This document shows positions 46,482 to 57,247 of a stretch of 64,000 nt of DNA, piece after piece (positions within the stretch are counted from its first letter, which is position 1; each line of letters starts with the position of its first letter). Under the pieces are notes generated by a model that worked only from the letters and a program-made list of their open reading frames with translations, searched no databases and was not told the DNA's origin. Both the position numbers and the translations under genes were made by a program. This DNA comes from Candidatus Nanohaloarchaea archaeon. GTDB lineage: Archaea; Nanohalarchaeota; Nanosalinia; Nanosalinales; Nanosalinaceae. Location: positions 288,001-352,000 of the forward strand of contig CP046106.1 in NCBI GenBank assembly GCA_013343275.1, in the 5' to 3' direction.

Positions 46482-47779
46482 ATAAGGCCTTCGCCTTTCA
46501 GGTGCTCGACAACTTCATCTCTGTCAAGAGCCTCTTCCTCGCCAGAATCCATGTGCTTCATTGTAACTTCATCGTTCTCCAGGTCACGTTCTCCAACGAT
46601 AAGTACTCTTTTTGCATTCATGTCATCGGCGTATCCTAGCTGGGAGCCGAAACCTCTTCCAGCCAGATCGGTCTCCACAGATAGGCCTTCCTCACGTAAC
46701 CTGGTTGCATAATCGAGGGCGACGCCTCTCACGGATTCGCTGACCGAGAGAACGTAGACATCAGTCTCAACCTCTTCTAGAGGGTACCGATCCTCCTTCT
46801 TCAGCAACTCGATTGTAGGCGAGTAACCGAAGGCGAAGCCGACAGCAGGTACTTCCCTATCGCCGAAGGTACCGACAAGTTCATCGTAACGACCTCCGCC
46901 GAACAAAGCCCTGAGCTCTCCTTCACTGTCGAAAGCCTCGAATACAAGCCCTGTGTAGTATGCAAGGCCTCTGACTATCGAGAGATCGAAACGGCACATA
47001 TCAGCTACGCCGTAACTTTCAAGGGCCTCGCCAAGGCTTTCCATTCTGTCAACTGAATCCTGTACCTCTTCAGGGGCTTTTTCACGAAGTTCATCGATCT
47101 GGTCAAGTATAGGACCTGAGATATCTGTCAATTCATCGACCTGTTCTGCATCCTCACGGGAAAGCCCTCTATCCATGAGATCTTCAAGGAACTCTTCTCT
47201 ATCCAGTTTTTCCTTGTCGTCTACTACCTTCATCGCTTCCTCGGTCCTATCGATTCCATGGCTTTCAAGTATCGACTCAAGCAGCTCTCTGTCATTGACG
47301 AGGAAGTTAACCCTGTCATCCAGATCCAGTTTCTGGAAGATGGTTGCTGCCGCAGCGATAACTTCGGCGTCAGCTTCCACCGACTCTATCCCAAAGATAT
47401 CGAAGTCCCCTTGCAGAAACTCCCGGTCACGGCCCTTGGTAACGTCCTCATATCTCCACCGCTTGGAGGTATTGTACCATTTGACAGGAGTCTTGAGGTC
47501 CTTACGTTTCTGTATCAGTCGGGCCCTTGTAGGCGTCTGCTCCGGAACCAGTGTTATCTCGTTATCACCTTTGTCCGTAAACGCGTACATTTCATCGGTT
47601 ACAGAATCCTCTTCCTTCTCTGTCCAGAGTTCCTGTCTCTCGATGCTTGGAGGATCTATCTGCCGGAATCCGAACTCTTCGGCAGTTTCCTCTACTGTTT
47701 CGATCAGTTTCTTCCACGTGGCCCATTCATCAGGATACCTGTCATAGGTACCTTTCAAACTCTCAAGATTAATGCTCAT
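46478..47779 (-). CDS. hisS: Histidyl-tRNA synthetase
   Basis: KGT.D, RWRYE, GRDREF.Q, RGLAYYTG and GGGRYD. Confidence 0.97.
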   Translation of the reverse strand: MSINLESLKGTYDRYPDEWATWKKLIETVEETAEEFGFRQIDPPSIERQELWTEKEEDSVTDEMYAFTDKGDNEITLVPEQTPTRARLIQKRKDLKTPVKWYNTSKRWRYEDVTKGRDREFLQGDFDIFGIESVEADAEVIAAAATIFQKLDLDDRVNFLVNDRELLESILESHGIDRTEEAMKVVDDKEKLDREEFLEDLMDRGLSREDAEQVDELTDISGPILDQIDELREKAPEEVQDSVDRMESLGEALESYGVADMCRFDLSIVRGLAYYTGLVFEAFDSEGELRALFGGGRYDELVGTFGDREVPAVGFAFGYSPTIELLKKEDRYPLEEVETDVYVLSVSESVRGVALDYATRLREEGLSVETDLAGRGFGSQLGYADDMNAKRVLIVGERDLENDEVTMKHMDSGEEEALDRDEVVEHLKGEGLI

Positions 47780-47996
47780 TTTTGATTACCTCTTATACCT
47801 ACATTTTCTTCCTCTACTTTTTCAAATACATACGGAGAAGTTCGAAAGATAGAGCTGTAGCTTTTGGAAAGATTTTCAGTTAACGAAGAACTTTTCTGAG
47901 ATCCTTCTGCTCGAAGGATGATCATAGTCACCTTTCATTGGTAGTTCGCCTAGTAGATTATTTAGCTCCTAGATTTTTAAGTTAGACGCAGAACGC

Positions 47997-48572
47997 TTAA
48001 AGAAGCGAAGAGGCCTTGCTGAGAGCCTCTTTCTCAATCTTTTCATAGAGATCAAGTGCTGTAGACCAGGCAGGTTCAAGCCGATCCCATGAGATATAGG
48101 CGACACCCAGTCCTATCGCTGCTGCTGCGATCGAACCCAGAATATCGACAGGCCAGTGCTCTCCTACATAGATACGGGCGAAACCTGTAAGAACTGCCGC
48201 AGCAGTTAGAAGCCATCCCAGCCTTTCTCTGTTCCTGTAGATCAGTGGAAATGCTGTTCCGAAAACTGCTGCCGTATGCTGGCTGGGGAAAGAGTTCTCT
48301 GCGTGGAACTCAATCAGTGTACTGTAGGTCGCTGACGGGTTTTCATGGAAGTAGAGAAGGCTCATTACGTAGGCAATACCAATGGTCAGAACCGAGGTGT
48401 AGAACGTGAAAAGTGCGTCCTCCTTCCTTTCACGGCCCTGGAACCATAGATAGATCAAGGATAGAGGAACCAGGAGAACAAGGGCTTCTGCCAGGAGAAG
48501 CATGGTTTGATCGATTAGACCTATACCCGTCAGGCCCTGGATCTTGAGGAAAAGGGCCTCATTAAGCGACAT
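47997..48572 (-). CDS. PAP2-family membrane phosphatase (BcrC-like)
   Basis: SFPSQH and ARIYVGEHWPVD. Confidence 0.9.
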   Translation of the reverse strand: MSLNEALFLKIQGLTGIGLIDQTMLLLAEALVLLVPLSLIYLWFQGRERKEDALFTFYTSVLTIGIAYVMSLLYFHENPSATYSTLIEFHAENSFPSQHTAAVFGTAFPLIYRNRERLGWLLTAAAVLTGFARIYVGEHWPVDILGSIAAAAIGLGVAYISWDRLEPAWSTALDLYEKIEKEALSKASSLL

Positions 48573-48639
48573 AATGGTAGTGGCAGGTTTCAGATACTTA
48601 AATTTTCGGTAAGGATTCTATTCTAGGTGAATTAAAACA

Positions 48640-48801
48640 ATGGCACAGAGATTTGAAGAGGCCGAAGAAAGAGTATTCGATAATATCTACATCTGCAGAA
48701 AATGCAATGCTAAGAACAAGACTCAGGATCCTGAGAGCACTAGCTGCAGGAAATGCGGATACCCTGACCTCAGAAAGAAGAACGAACAGTTCGCAGGTTA
48801 A
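48640..48801 (+). CDS. rpl40e: 50S ribosomal protein L40e (not in ORF track)
   Basis: [11 protein letters not shown]...ICRKCNAKN...CRKCGY.DLRKK; AGGTGA Shine-Dalgarno. Confidence 0.93.
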   Translation: MAQRFEEAEERVFDNIYICRKCNAKNKTQDPESTSCRKCGYPDLRKKNEQFAG

Positions 48802-48949
48802 AACCTGTTCTTCAGGAGAGAACTGTTCCCACTTTCTTCAATTTCCCCTTCTCTACCACAGCCCTAATTTTTAGGACCTAACTGTAACAGTTTTAACTCT
48901 GAACATGGTTTTACTTCTACTGTGAGAGATCCTGACCTCTACAGAGAAC

Positions 48950-49549
48950 TTGGAGAAGACTGGGGGAATAGAAGACAACGAAGATATATACACAGGATTT
49001 TCCTCCGCAGCAATACCAGAAGCCATACAGACCAGCAAGGAAATTTTCTATCCAGAATCCCAGAGCATATGGGACTTAATGACTGACTACGGCCTCGACA
49101 AAGCCTCTCACTTTGGCTTCAGCTACTTCGGCTCTAAATCAGTAATGAAGGCCGCAGAAAAGTTCCCTGAATACACCAAATCATTGACAGAAGACCGTGA
49201 AGACCTCCTATCCAGAAAAGCCCATGATATAGGAGTAAAGTTTTCCAGTCCCAGCTTCCAGCAGAAAGCAGGAGCTGCACTACTAGGAGTAGCAGTACTG
49301 GGGTTCGGAAAAGAAATGACAGACCAGTACATCGACTACCTAGACATGACCGCTAACATGACAGGAGCAAGTCTAGGAGTGCTGGACGAATACGGAGACG
49401 GCAGCCTCAGAGAAGGAGGGAAAAAGGCCTTTGAAGATATCAACAGGATGCTATCTGGAGAGCAAGAAACGCAGCACATAGCTGACGGGGGAGAGCTGGA
49501 AGTACCTGAAGAGGTTATTGAACAGCAGAAACTTCTCGGCAAGGCCTGA
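48950..49549 (+). CDS. Membrane protein, VanZ/YfiM-like
   Basis: DK..HF, G.GKE..D and D..AN..G motifs; start uncertain (possible indel in G5 at ~48962). Confidence 0.55.
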   Translation: MEKTGGIEDNEDIYTGFSSAAIPEAIQTSKEIFYPESQSIWDLMTDYGLDKASHFGFSYFGSKSVMKAAEKFPEYTKSLTEDREDLLSRKAHDIGVKFSSPSFQQKAGAALLGVAVLGFGKEMTDQYIDYLDMTANMTGASLGVLDEYGDGSLREGGKKAFEDINRMLSGEQETQHIADGGELEVPEEVIEQQKLLGKA

Positions 49550-49599
49550 AATCCTAACCCTTTATTAGATTACAACAAACCCAACTAAAATACACAAAG

Positions 49600-49671
<72 letters not shown>

Positions 49672-49709
49672 TTCAGGGATATACTTCAAGATCTCATTTT
49701 CTCAAAGAG

Positions 49710-50612
49710 TTAATGAGTTATCTCTCCGTGGTTTTCTTGATCTTTCTCTATCTGGAGCGTAACTGTCTGGATGTTGAAGTCCTGTTTTAGTTTCTGCGTT
49801 ATTTCTTTTCTGATGTTGTCTGCTCTGTCCCAGGAGTCAACTTTTATCTGTGCGTGAGCGGATGCGATACAGACTTTGGAGCAGATTTCGTAGACTCTGA
49901 TGTGGTGTGCGTCTTCTACGCCTTCGACTGATTCTATTGCCTGTTCTATTTCTGTCGCTGGTATTGGGCTTTTCTGCATCAGGATTCCGAAGCTTTCCCG
50001 CAGGACTTTTGCTGCTGACCAGACTATCAGTCCTGCTATCAGGACTGCTACTGCTGGGTCGATGGCAGTGATTCCTGTGAAGTAGATTACGGTTGTTGAG
50101 AGTATTACTGCGATTGAGCCTCCTGCATCGCCGAGGAGATGGTAGAATGCTCCTCTCTCGTTCAAACTCATTTCTCCACCTTGTAAGTAGTAGACTGAGA
50201 ACAGGTTGACAAGCAGTCCACCGAATCCGATTGCTATCGTTGGAACTACTCCGATGTCTACAGGGTTGAGGAATCTTTTGTAAGACTCCCAGAGGATGTA
50301 TCCTGCCATCGGAATCAGTAATGCTCCGTTGAAAAACGCAGATAAGGTCTCTATGCGGTGGAATCCGAAGTTGTAGTTATCGTTTGCGTCCCAGTTTTCT
50401 GCTGCGTAGGCGGAGAAGAACGCCATTACATAGGCGAGTGCATCGAACAGCATATGGAAGGCGTCGCTCATCAAGGCGACTGAGCCGAACATTATCCCTC
50501 CTGCTAGTTCTACTATGAAACCTATTAGGTTGATTCCTGATACTGTGCCGAGTTTTCTGGTGCTGCTATGGCTGTGGTCGTGACTACTGTTGTTCTCTGG
50601 AATGTTCGACAC
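49710..50612 (-). CDS. Cation diffusion facilitator (CzcD/ZitB-like)
   Basis: His-rich N-terminus, SVALMSDAFHMLFD and HLLGD; start approximate. Confidence 0.95.
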   Translation of the reverse strand: MSNIPENNSSHDHSHSSTRKLGTVSGINLIGFIVELAGGIMFGSVALMSDAFHMLFDALAYVMAFFSAYAAENWDANDNYNFGFHRIETLSAFFNGALLIPMAGYILWESYKRFLNPVDIGVVPTIAIGFGGLLVNLFSVYYLQGGEMSLNERGAFYHLLGDAGGSIAVILSTTVIYFTGITAIDPAVAVLIAGLIVWSAAKVLRESFGILMQKSPIPATEIEQAIESVEGVEDAHHIRVYEICSKVCIASAHAQIKVDSWDRADNIRKEITQKLKQDFNIQTVTLQIEKDQENHGEITH

Positions 50613-50871
50613 CCGCCTCAATTATTTCTTCGATGTGTTCATCATTCATACTGTAGTATCGGTGCTTTCCGTCTTTCCTCTTTTCCACAATTCTCCTGTC
50701 TTTGAGTTTCCGCAAGTGATGGGAGATATTTGAGTTGGTCATCTCCAACTGTTCAGTCAACTCGTGGACACATTTCTCCCCTTCAGAAAGCGATAACAGT
50801 ATCTTCAGCCTGTTCTCGCTGGAGAGTGCCTGGAATATTTCTGCGGTTTCTTCGAGGTCTTCCCTATACAT
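50584..50871 (-). CDS. ArsR/SmtB metal-sensing repressor
   Basis: FQALS..NRLKIL, EKCVHEL, ISHHL and alpha5 DEH...EH site. Confidence 0.93.
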   Translation of the reverse strand: MYREDLEETAEIFQALSSENRLKILLSLSEGEKCVHELTEQLEMTNSNISHHLRKLKDRRIVEKRKDGKHRYYSMNDEHIEEIIEAGVEHSREQQ

Positions 50872-50872
50872 A

Positions 50873-50900
50873 ACATTTGAATAGTTGTTCAAATATTTAA
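50873..50900. promoter_or_regulatory. SmtB/CzrA-type operator palindrome
   Basis: ATTTGAA-TAGTTG-TTCAAAT (TGAA-N6-TTCA core) immediately upstream of the ArsR start and abutting TTTAAATA. Confidence 0.75.
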
Positions 50901-50923
50901 ATAATGGTTGGTCAAACAAAGTT

Positions 50924-51130
50924 ATGGAGAATCGTGACTGGATTCTCAGCATAGCCGAGACAGCAGTCTGGTATGGATTCTTCTACTACCTGCTATTCTC
51001 AATAAAACAGGGAACAACACTCTGGAAAGACGCAGCAATCCTGCTCGGACTAACCTACCTCGGCTTTATGCTATGTCCGTGGGTTCACAGAACCAAGGCC
51101 TGGAAAGAAACAATCGGGAAGCTAACATAG
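50924..51130 (+). CDS. Small two-TM membrane protein
   Basis: 68 aa with a C-terminal CPW motif; divergent from arsR. Confidence 0.7.
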   Translation: MENRDWILSIAETAVWYGFFYYLLFSIKQGTTLWKDAAILLGLTYLGFMLCPWVHRTKAWKETIGKLT

Positions 51131-51358
51131 CTTCCTACTATTTCCTCTTTTCTTGTTAAATAGAATAAAGACTGTATGCCTATACAGACAGACTCCGCCC
51201 TTCGGGAGCATTTTCACCACTATGAGTAGTTGAAGTCAACCGCCAACACTCAGAAAGAGGCTAGCTTCATTCATTGTTTTTTCTGATCGAGGTCTGAGAA
51301 GTTAGTGAGGTTATAAGGATTGGTGTCGGATTGTTGTTTATACAGGAGGTGTATTATT

Positions 51359-51553
51359 TTGAAAGGAACAGTAAAGTTTTTGCACGACGAACACGGTTAC
51401 GGATTCATCGAAACCGATGAGATGGAGGACGACGTCTACTTTGACCTAGATGAGCAGGACAGCGATCTGCAGATCGAAGAAGGAGACGAAGTCGAATTCG
51501 AGCAGGGAGAAGGAGACAAAGGTCCGAAAGCAAACGACATCACAGTACTTTAA
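51359..51553 (+). CDS. Cold-shock domain protein
   Basis: KGTVKF...GYGFI...DVYF...GPKA; TTG start after GGAGGTG. Confidence 0.93.
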   Translation: MKGTVKFLHDEHGYGFIETDEMEDDVYFDLDEQDSDLQIEEGDEVEFEQGEGDKGPKANDITVL

Positions 51554-51763
51554 CTGGATGTCTAGGCTTAACTCAGCAACATTTTCTATTAAATTTTTCT
51601 TTAAACCACAATCGCTTACTTGAGAGAACTTTTTTACTTTCTCAAAACCTAAAATTCTCTGTGGCTAGAACCTAGTAGAGGACTTACTCAGACATGCCAA
51701 TCGGTCCGATTAACTACCGGCCACAGCAACCTTCTTTAATACTTTTTAGGGTAATTACTTGTT

Positions 51764-51946
51764 ATGACTTCTCTAAACCTTGATTATTACGACAAAATTC
51801 TTGCAGGTATTACAGTTAGCCTGGCCGCAGGGGGCTCTGTAGGAGCCATTACCAAGATATCTCTAGCTTACAGCTTGGGAGCCGGTGCAGCAATATCTCT
51901 AGTGCTCATGTACGATGGAATGTTCAGGAACGGGCCTCTGGGGTAG
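51764..51946 (+). CDS. Small membrane protein upstream of the phosphate transporter
   Basis: DYYDKIL...two TMs...MFRNGP. Confidence 0.7.
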   Translation: MTSLNLDYYDKILAGITVSLAAGGSVGAITKISLAYSLGAGAAISLVLMYDGMFRNGPLG

Positions 51947-51952
51947 TAAATC

Positions 51953-53116
51953 ATGGCCGTCAGTATCTTAATCGTACTTGCAATACTTGCAGCAGTTTTC
52001 GTCGGAATTAACATCGGAGGTTCATCTACAGGAGTAGCCTTCGGGCCTTCAGTCGGCTCCAAACTAGTGTCAAAGACTGCCGCCGCTGGACTGATGACAG
52101 TCTTCGCATTTCTAGGAGGATGGACAGTAGGCCGTAACGTAATCGCAACCATGGGCGGCAAGATAGTGCCTTCAAGCGAATTCACCATGCTGGCCTCTGT
52201 AGTAATACTTTTCTTTATAGGACTTAGCCTGTTGATATCGAATCTTTCAGGAGTACCGGCCTCCACCTCTATGACCGCTGTCGGAGCGATCGCCGGGCTT
52301 GGAATAGCTACAGGAACAATAAGCTGGTCTGTAATGGGCCGGATCATGTCCTGGTGGCTTGTAGCTCCGGCAGTAGCTTTCCTGGCAGGAGGCCTGATAG
52401 GCCGTTACCTGTACACTCATCTAGATGATTACTTCAAGATAGATCAGAGCGAAGGAAATCTGCTGAAGTTCAGTTTTTCATCCCGGCCTGTACAGCTGGG
52501 AGAAGGCACCAGTGTAAGAGAGTTTGTCAGCAGCATTCTGGTTATTGTTATTGCCTGTTACATGGCGTTCTCTGCAGGAGCTTCCAATGTTGCAAATGCT
52601 GTAGCTCCTCTAGTAAGCAGCCCTTCAGCACCTATATCAATGAATGCAGGGATAATACTGGCCGTAGCTGCAATAAGCGTCGGAGGTTTTACCATCGCAC
52701 GTAGAACCCTTGACACAGTAGGCGAGGGAATCACCGATATGCCTTTGCTGGCAGCTCTAGTCGTCTCCACTGTCTCAGCAACCATAATTTCTATTCTCTC
52801 TGCAATGGGGATACCTGCAAGCCTTGCAATCTCAGCGACGATGTGTATTACAGGCCTAGGATGGGGCCGGGCCTCGAGAACAGTGAAGGTTTCAGAGGCC
52901 TTACAGGGAGAGAAACCTGAGATGAAGACTGCTGCTTTGAAAGCTGAAGATAATAAGAAGATCGGAGAGGAATCGGAAGAGGATATACCTGACCAGAGGC
53001 TTTTTGATCCGGATATAATCCATCACGTGGTAACTTTCTGGATACTTACACCAGTAATTTCCGCAGCTTGCTCCTATATATTGTTCCGGATTCTGCAGTT
53101 TGCGGGAATAATGTAG
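51953..53116 (+). CDS. pitA: PiT-family inorganic phosphate transporter
   Basis: NIGGSSTG and GASNVANA signatures; multiple TM helices. Confidence 0.92.
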   Translation: MAVSILIVLAILAAVFVGINIGGSSTGVAFGPSVGSKLVSKTAAAGLMTVFAFLGGWTVGRNVIATMGGKIVPSSEFTMLASVVILFFIGLSLLISNLSGVPASTSMTAVGAIAGLGIATGTISWSVMGRIMSWWLVAPAVAFLAGGLIGRYLYTHLDDYFKIDQSEGNLLKFSFSSRPVQLGEGTSVREFVSSILVIVIACYMAFSAGASNVANAVAPLVSSPSAPISMNAGIILAVAAISVGGFTIARRTLDTVGEGITDMPLLAALVVSTVSATIISILSAMGIPASLAISATMCITGLGWGRASRTVKVSEALQGEKPEMKTAALKAEDNKKIGEESEEDIPDQRLFDPDIIHHVVTFWILTPVISAACSYILFRILQFAGIM

Positions 53117-53143
53117 AAAAAATGTAATAGGAAAGTAAATTTC

Positions 53144-53698
53144 TCAGGAGTACCTGGCCGTATGCTCCTCGACGTCGTCAAGGAAGGATTCAAAGCGGTC
53201 GATATAGTTGTCGTCTTCAAGCTCTCCTTCTTCATTGAACGTGCTGCCGACGTTGGAGACAGGGATGTCCGGGCCGATATTGCCTCCGAACTCGAGTGCT
53301 ACATCGTGTAGATGGCTTAGAGCTCTAACTCCACCGAAACTTCCTCCTGAAACCGTTACGAATGAGAAAGGTTTATCGTTGTACTCAGGGTAGAGGTGAT
53401 CGAGCAGGTTCTTTAGAGATCCCGGAATAGAGTGGTTGTACTCTGGTGAAACAACCACAAGGCCGTCAGCCTTCTCTACTTTCTGACCGAACTCCTCAAT
53501 ATCCTCGGGATGTTTGTCGTTGTCGCTGTAACGGGTATGTTCCAGCATAGGGATCTCTCTGTCAGCTAGGTCGAAGAGCTCTGTATCATGGCCTCTACTG
53601 TTCAGTTTACGGGTTACGTAGAGTGCAGGTCTGATCGATTTTCTGCCTTCACGGGCAGTTCCTTCAATAACAAGTAGTTCGAGTTTGTCTTCCGTCAT
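53144..53698 (-). CDS. NADPH-dependent FMN reductase
   Basis: GTAREGRKS, SPEYNHSIPGSLKN and GGVRA. Confidence 0.93.
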   Translation of the reverse strand: MTEDKLELLVIEGTAREGRKSIRPALYVTRKLNSRGHDTELFDLADREIPMLEHTRYSDNDKHPEDIEEFGQKVEKADGLVVVSPEYNHSIPGSLKNLLDHLYPEYNDKPFSFVTVSGGSFGGVRALSHLHDVALEFGGNIGPDIPVSNVGSTFNEEGELEDDNYIDRFESFLDDVEEHTARYS

Positions 53699-54123
53699 GA
53701 AAAACAGTTGATCCATCTATTCTTATATGGTCTTTTTTCGGACACCTGGTGCAGAGAACGATACCCTGCCTGAGTTAGATAACCGGAAGAATTCTACAGG
53801 TATCGGACATTTCGGACAGCCGAGAATCGCCTTATTAGGGCCTGAAGAGGAATAATTGGTTAGAGGCGAGGACAATATGATACGATCTGCCAACCGAGCA
53901 CCTGAACCTGAGTATGTATCTCTCAAACTACTGGACGACGATGAGAGAGGTGGTTTCTTTGCGGGCCTCCTGCGATAACTGTGGTTTCAAGAAGGCCTCT
54001 GAGGAACATAACTGTTTGAGATGTGGGGCCAGGCCGCCACGTGAGAAACTATCCTTTGCTATGAAGGCTATCTACTGAGATTCTTCCTTTCTTCTTTAAT
54101 TTATGTGGTACAAAAAGTTTCTC

Positions 54124-54489
54124 ATGGAGGAAGTTACTGAGTCGCTCCTAGATGATGTAGTCCGGGCCAAGGACTTCAATGATCGGGGTTTTCAGATGTT
54201 TACGCAGAACTTTTATCTGTGTAAGGCCTTTCTACGTTATTTTTCTGTTAAGAGAGGTACCTCGTTTAACTCGTCGAAGGTGTCGAAGAAGTTCCCTCTC
54301 AGTGTGACCGTTGCCGGTACATGTCTCAGCGTTCTGGAGGACCTGGAAGTTGTTGAGAGCCGTACATCCTCCAGCTCCGCCAGTCGATACATGCCCGGTT
54401 CTGTTGATCTAGAGAAACTAGAGAAAATTGAAGAGGTACTGAAGGAGAACCGGGAGATAGATGAGTTTACCGGTAAAGAGAACTCTTGA
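54124..54489 (+). CDS. Hypothetical wHTH-like protein
   Basis: SSKVS...VAGTCLSVLEDLEVVES...RY pattern. Confidence 0.55.
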   Translation: MEEVTESLLDDVVRAKDFNDRGFQMFTQNFYLCKAFLRYFSVKRGTSFNSSKVSKKFPLSVTVAGTCLSVLEDLEVVESRTSSSSASRYMPGSVDLEKLEKIEEVLKENREIDEFTGKENS

Positions 54490-55891
54490 AGTTTTCAAAT
54501 ACCTCTTCCCTCAGCCTCCGAGCCTTATCTGAGTCGAGATCTTCTGCTACCGCATCTTTCTGGAATGCAGAGGTTCCTGCTATATCAAGTGTCAGAGATG
54601 AGAGATTCCATCTCCTCTGCAACAGTGTCTGACTCTCAATCAGATTCTGAATCCTGTAGTACGGAACTATCATAGTTTGACGGTTCCAGAACCCGCTCAT
54701 AGTGAAGAAATGTTCTGCACCTCTACCATATCCTACATTAACCCATTTGTAATGCGCTGCGATTGCGGACAAAGGATAGAGTGCCAGAAGAGGCAGGTAA
54801 TTGAATCCCGCCATGTAGTCTGCCGCCATGCCTAGAGCGAGCACTGCGGTCGATACAATTGCATAGCGGCCAAAGTACCTCCTGCGAGCTCTATCCGGGA
54901 TACTTGAGATATTCAGGTCATCAAACTCCTCCACTTTATGTGCAAACTCTATCACTCTCTCACGTCGGCCCATAGGGATTGCGGACTCCGGGCCTTGCTC
55001 CATCGATTGTTCTGCCGAGTAACCTGCAGTCTCAATCTTCAGAGTCGAGTACCCTATCATTCTCTTCAGCGGATTTTCCTCTATCGTCAGTTTCTGCACC
55101 TTCTCCAGAGGTATGCTTCCTTCGGAGCGGTTGAAAAGCCCTCTTTCATACTCTAGGGAGTTGTCGGCCTGGTAGAGCTTGAAATCGAAGTACTTGAAGA
55201 ACTGTGTTGCGGCAGATCCAAGCCATGTAACTATCGCTCCAGTTACAAGTATAAGGCCTCCTGCTAAAGCAGTTGCCAGGCCTAGTCCTTCTATCTGATG
55301 CCCTATAAATCCTCCCATAATTCCAAGTACTGCGAAGAGTCCGGCAATAGCTCGGCCTTGTATAGAGGTGAGGGATAGTAGCCCTAGCTCGTTTCTGTCG
55401 AGTTCGAAAAGTAGCTCTCTACTATCTTCTTCCTCTGTTTCTTCCTGTTCTTCTCCTTTTTTCAGTTTTCTTACCTTCTGCTGTATGTTGCGAGCTTCCT
55501 CCAGATCTACGAACTTGAATGATGCCTCTGTGGTTCCTCCTCCGGCTGTCTCCAGGTTCACCTCTGCGATACCTAGCATTCGATGTACTATGTTCCGGTT
55601 TATATCGACGTTCTGTATTCTGCGGAGAGGTATTTCTCTCTGGTTCTTTCTGATAACCCCATGCTTGATTTTAACACCTTCTTTCTCTATGAAGTACGAG
55701 TAGTTTTTCCAGACCAGGTACTGCCAGGCCAGCGAAATACTGATAGTTGCAATAAATAGAAAACCGACGATCAGGGCTGCTACAAGATTAAAACTCTGGA
55801 TAGATGATGCTCCGGAAAATACGAAGATAGCTAGCAGCGCCAGAACGTTTTGCAGAGCCTTGTAAAGTATTGATTCTTTCGCAAGCTTCAT
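54467..55891 (-). CDS. YdbT-like membrane protein with bPH_2 domains
   Basis: Three IP..RIQ/KVQ PH-like repeats and ETAG motifs. Confidence 0.9.
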   Translation of the reverse strand: MKLAKESILYKALQNVLALLAIFVFSGASSIQSFNLVAALIVGFLFIATISISLAWQYLVWKNYSYFIEKEGVKIKHGVIRKNQREIPLRRIQNVDINRNIVHRMLGIAEVNLETAGGGTTEASFKFVDLEEARNIQQKVRKLKKGEEQEETEEEDSRELLFELDRNELGLLSLTSIQGRAIAGLFAVLGIMGGFIGHQIEGLGLATALAGGLILVTGAIVTWLGSAATQFFKYFDFKLYQADNSLEYERGLFNRSEGSIPLEKVQKLTIEENPLKRMIGYSTLKIETAGYSAEQSMEQGPESAIPMGRRERVIEFAHKVEEFDDLNISSIPDRARRRYFGRYAIVSTAVLALGMAADYMAGFNYLPLLALYPLSAIAAHYKWVNVGYGRGAEHFFTMSGFWNRQTMIVPYYRIQNLIESQTLLQRRWNLSSLTLDIAGTSAFQKDAVAEDLDSDKARRLREEVFENFKSSLYR

Positions 55892-56352
55892 ACTGCATCT
55901 CTGTCCTCTGACTCTATTGCGACATCTCGTAGCTTTCTCTGAATACTGTCTGCATCTTCAGGAACCAGCCCTGGCAGAGTTACGTCAGCACCTCTAGACC
56001 CTGCGGTGTACACTACCACTCTTGAGAGGCTGAAAAGACGATCAAGAACATTTCTCTGGGTATCTACGTGTTGGATCCTTACATACGGAACCATTGAGTA
56101 TACTTTTCTGAATACACCGTGCTCCAGGTAAAGGTGATCTTCCTTCAGTTCAAAGTTCCAGGCCCTGTATCGGTAGAAAGTATAAGTTACGGAAAAAGTT
56201 CCCAGAACCAGCAGAGATGACACAAAAGCGGCGAACCCAGTGAGACTCGTGTACTGCTGAAGCGGCCAGGTTGCCAAAGCAGACAGTACAAGAGTCGGTA
56301 TGATTGCCTGAAGCAGCCAGATGCCTAGTACCTTTTTCTCAGGTTTTCTCAC
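55888..56352 (-). CDS. YdbS-like membrane protein (bPH_2)
   Basis: VPYVRIQHVDT and YTAG; coupled to the YdbT-like gene. Confidence 0.9.
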   Translation of the reverse strand: MRKPEKKVLGIWLLQAIIPTLVLSALATWPLQQYTSLTGFAAFVSSLLVLGTFSVTYTFYRYRAWNFELKEDHLYLEHGVFRKVYSMVPYVRIQHVDTQRNVLDRLFSLSRVVVYTAGSRGADVTLPGLVPEDADSIQRKLRDVAIESEDRDAV

Positions 56353-56426
56353 AGAATATCACCTTTTCCCAGATCTGGGGAGATCATATTATCTGAACCG
56401 GGTATCAATGTGTTAAATCTTTCTCT

Positions 56427-57206
56427 TCACTCATCTTTCTTGCCTGTAAGGCCTCTTTCGGAAGCCTGGGAAAGATATTGCTCTGTAAGATCCGACTTGA
56501 TCTTCTCTGATCTAGAAGACCTGTCTATCCAGTAGTACAGCGTTGCCTTAGGGCCTTCAGAATCAATCCTTACCTCCGGCACTGGTTTGTCTCTAACCTC
56601 TTCATTCTCTCCGGCTACCTCCTTGAGAAGTTCCTGTACTTCTTCCAGTTTGTCAGGTTCCAAGTCTACTGTTAGATTTCTCTTTGTTCTGTCTGCACGA
56701 GTATAATTCAAGGTAGGGTTTCCTGTAATCATTGCGTTCGGTAGGACAACTTTCTGGCTTTTATCGTTCTTTATAACAGTATCTCTGAGGTTTGTCTGCT
56801 TTACAACCCCTGATTTCTCATTTACCTCTATATAATCTCCTCTAACAAATGGCGGGTCGAAGTACATGAGCACACCAGCCATAACATTCGATATCTGATC
56901 TCTCATTCCAAAACCAACTGCAACAGTTAGGGCTGCCGCAATAGCACCTATTATAGAGGCCAGGTTACCGAAAGACCCTGCCTGAAGAGCTACTGTGAAC
57001 GATACGAACAGTCCTGTAAGGCCTGCGAAGTTAACAATGCTGTGAGAGGTCTTGGTATCGGCCTTCTTCCGCACCAGTCTTTCCGTCATCGGCATGACTG
57101 CTACACGGGTTATAACAGCGCCAGCTGCTAGAGTAATCAGAAATCGGATGATATTTACCGCTATTTCGCCACTGCCAAGTACCGTTGAAGGATCAACCTG
57201 AATCAT
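56427..57206 (-). CDS. mscS: MscS mechanosensitive channel
   Basis: AVGFG.RD.ISN..AG, PF.RGD.I and LPN. Confidence 0.92.
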   Translation of the reverse strand: MIQVDPSTVLGSGEIAVNIIRFLITLAAGAVITRVAVMPMTERLVRKKADTKTSHSIVNFAGLTGLFVSFTVALQAGSFGNLASIIGAIAAALTVAVGFGMRDQISNVMAGVLMYFDPPFVRGDYIEVNEKSGVVKQTNLRDTVIKNDKSQKVVLPNAMITGNPTLNYTRADRTKRNLTVDLEPDKLEEVQELLKEVAGENEEVRDKPVPEVRIDSEGPKATLYYWIDRSSRSEKIKSDLTEQYLSQASERGLTGKKDE

Positions 57207-57247
57207 AACAAAGAATGGACAGGACTATTTTTGAATCAAATCCTCCC

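Noticed and set aside
53720-54060. Broken short ORFs in a 350-bp gap
   Set aside because: Possibly a decayed gene, but no recognisable motif
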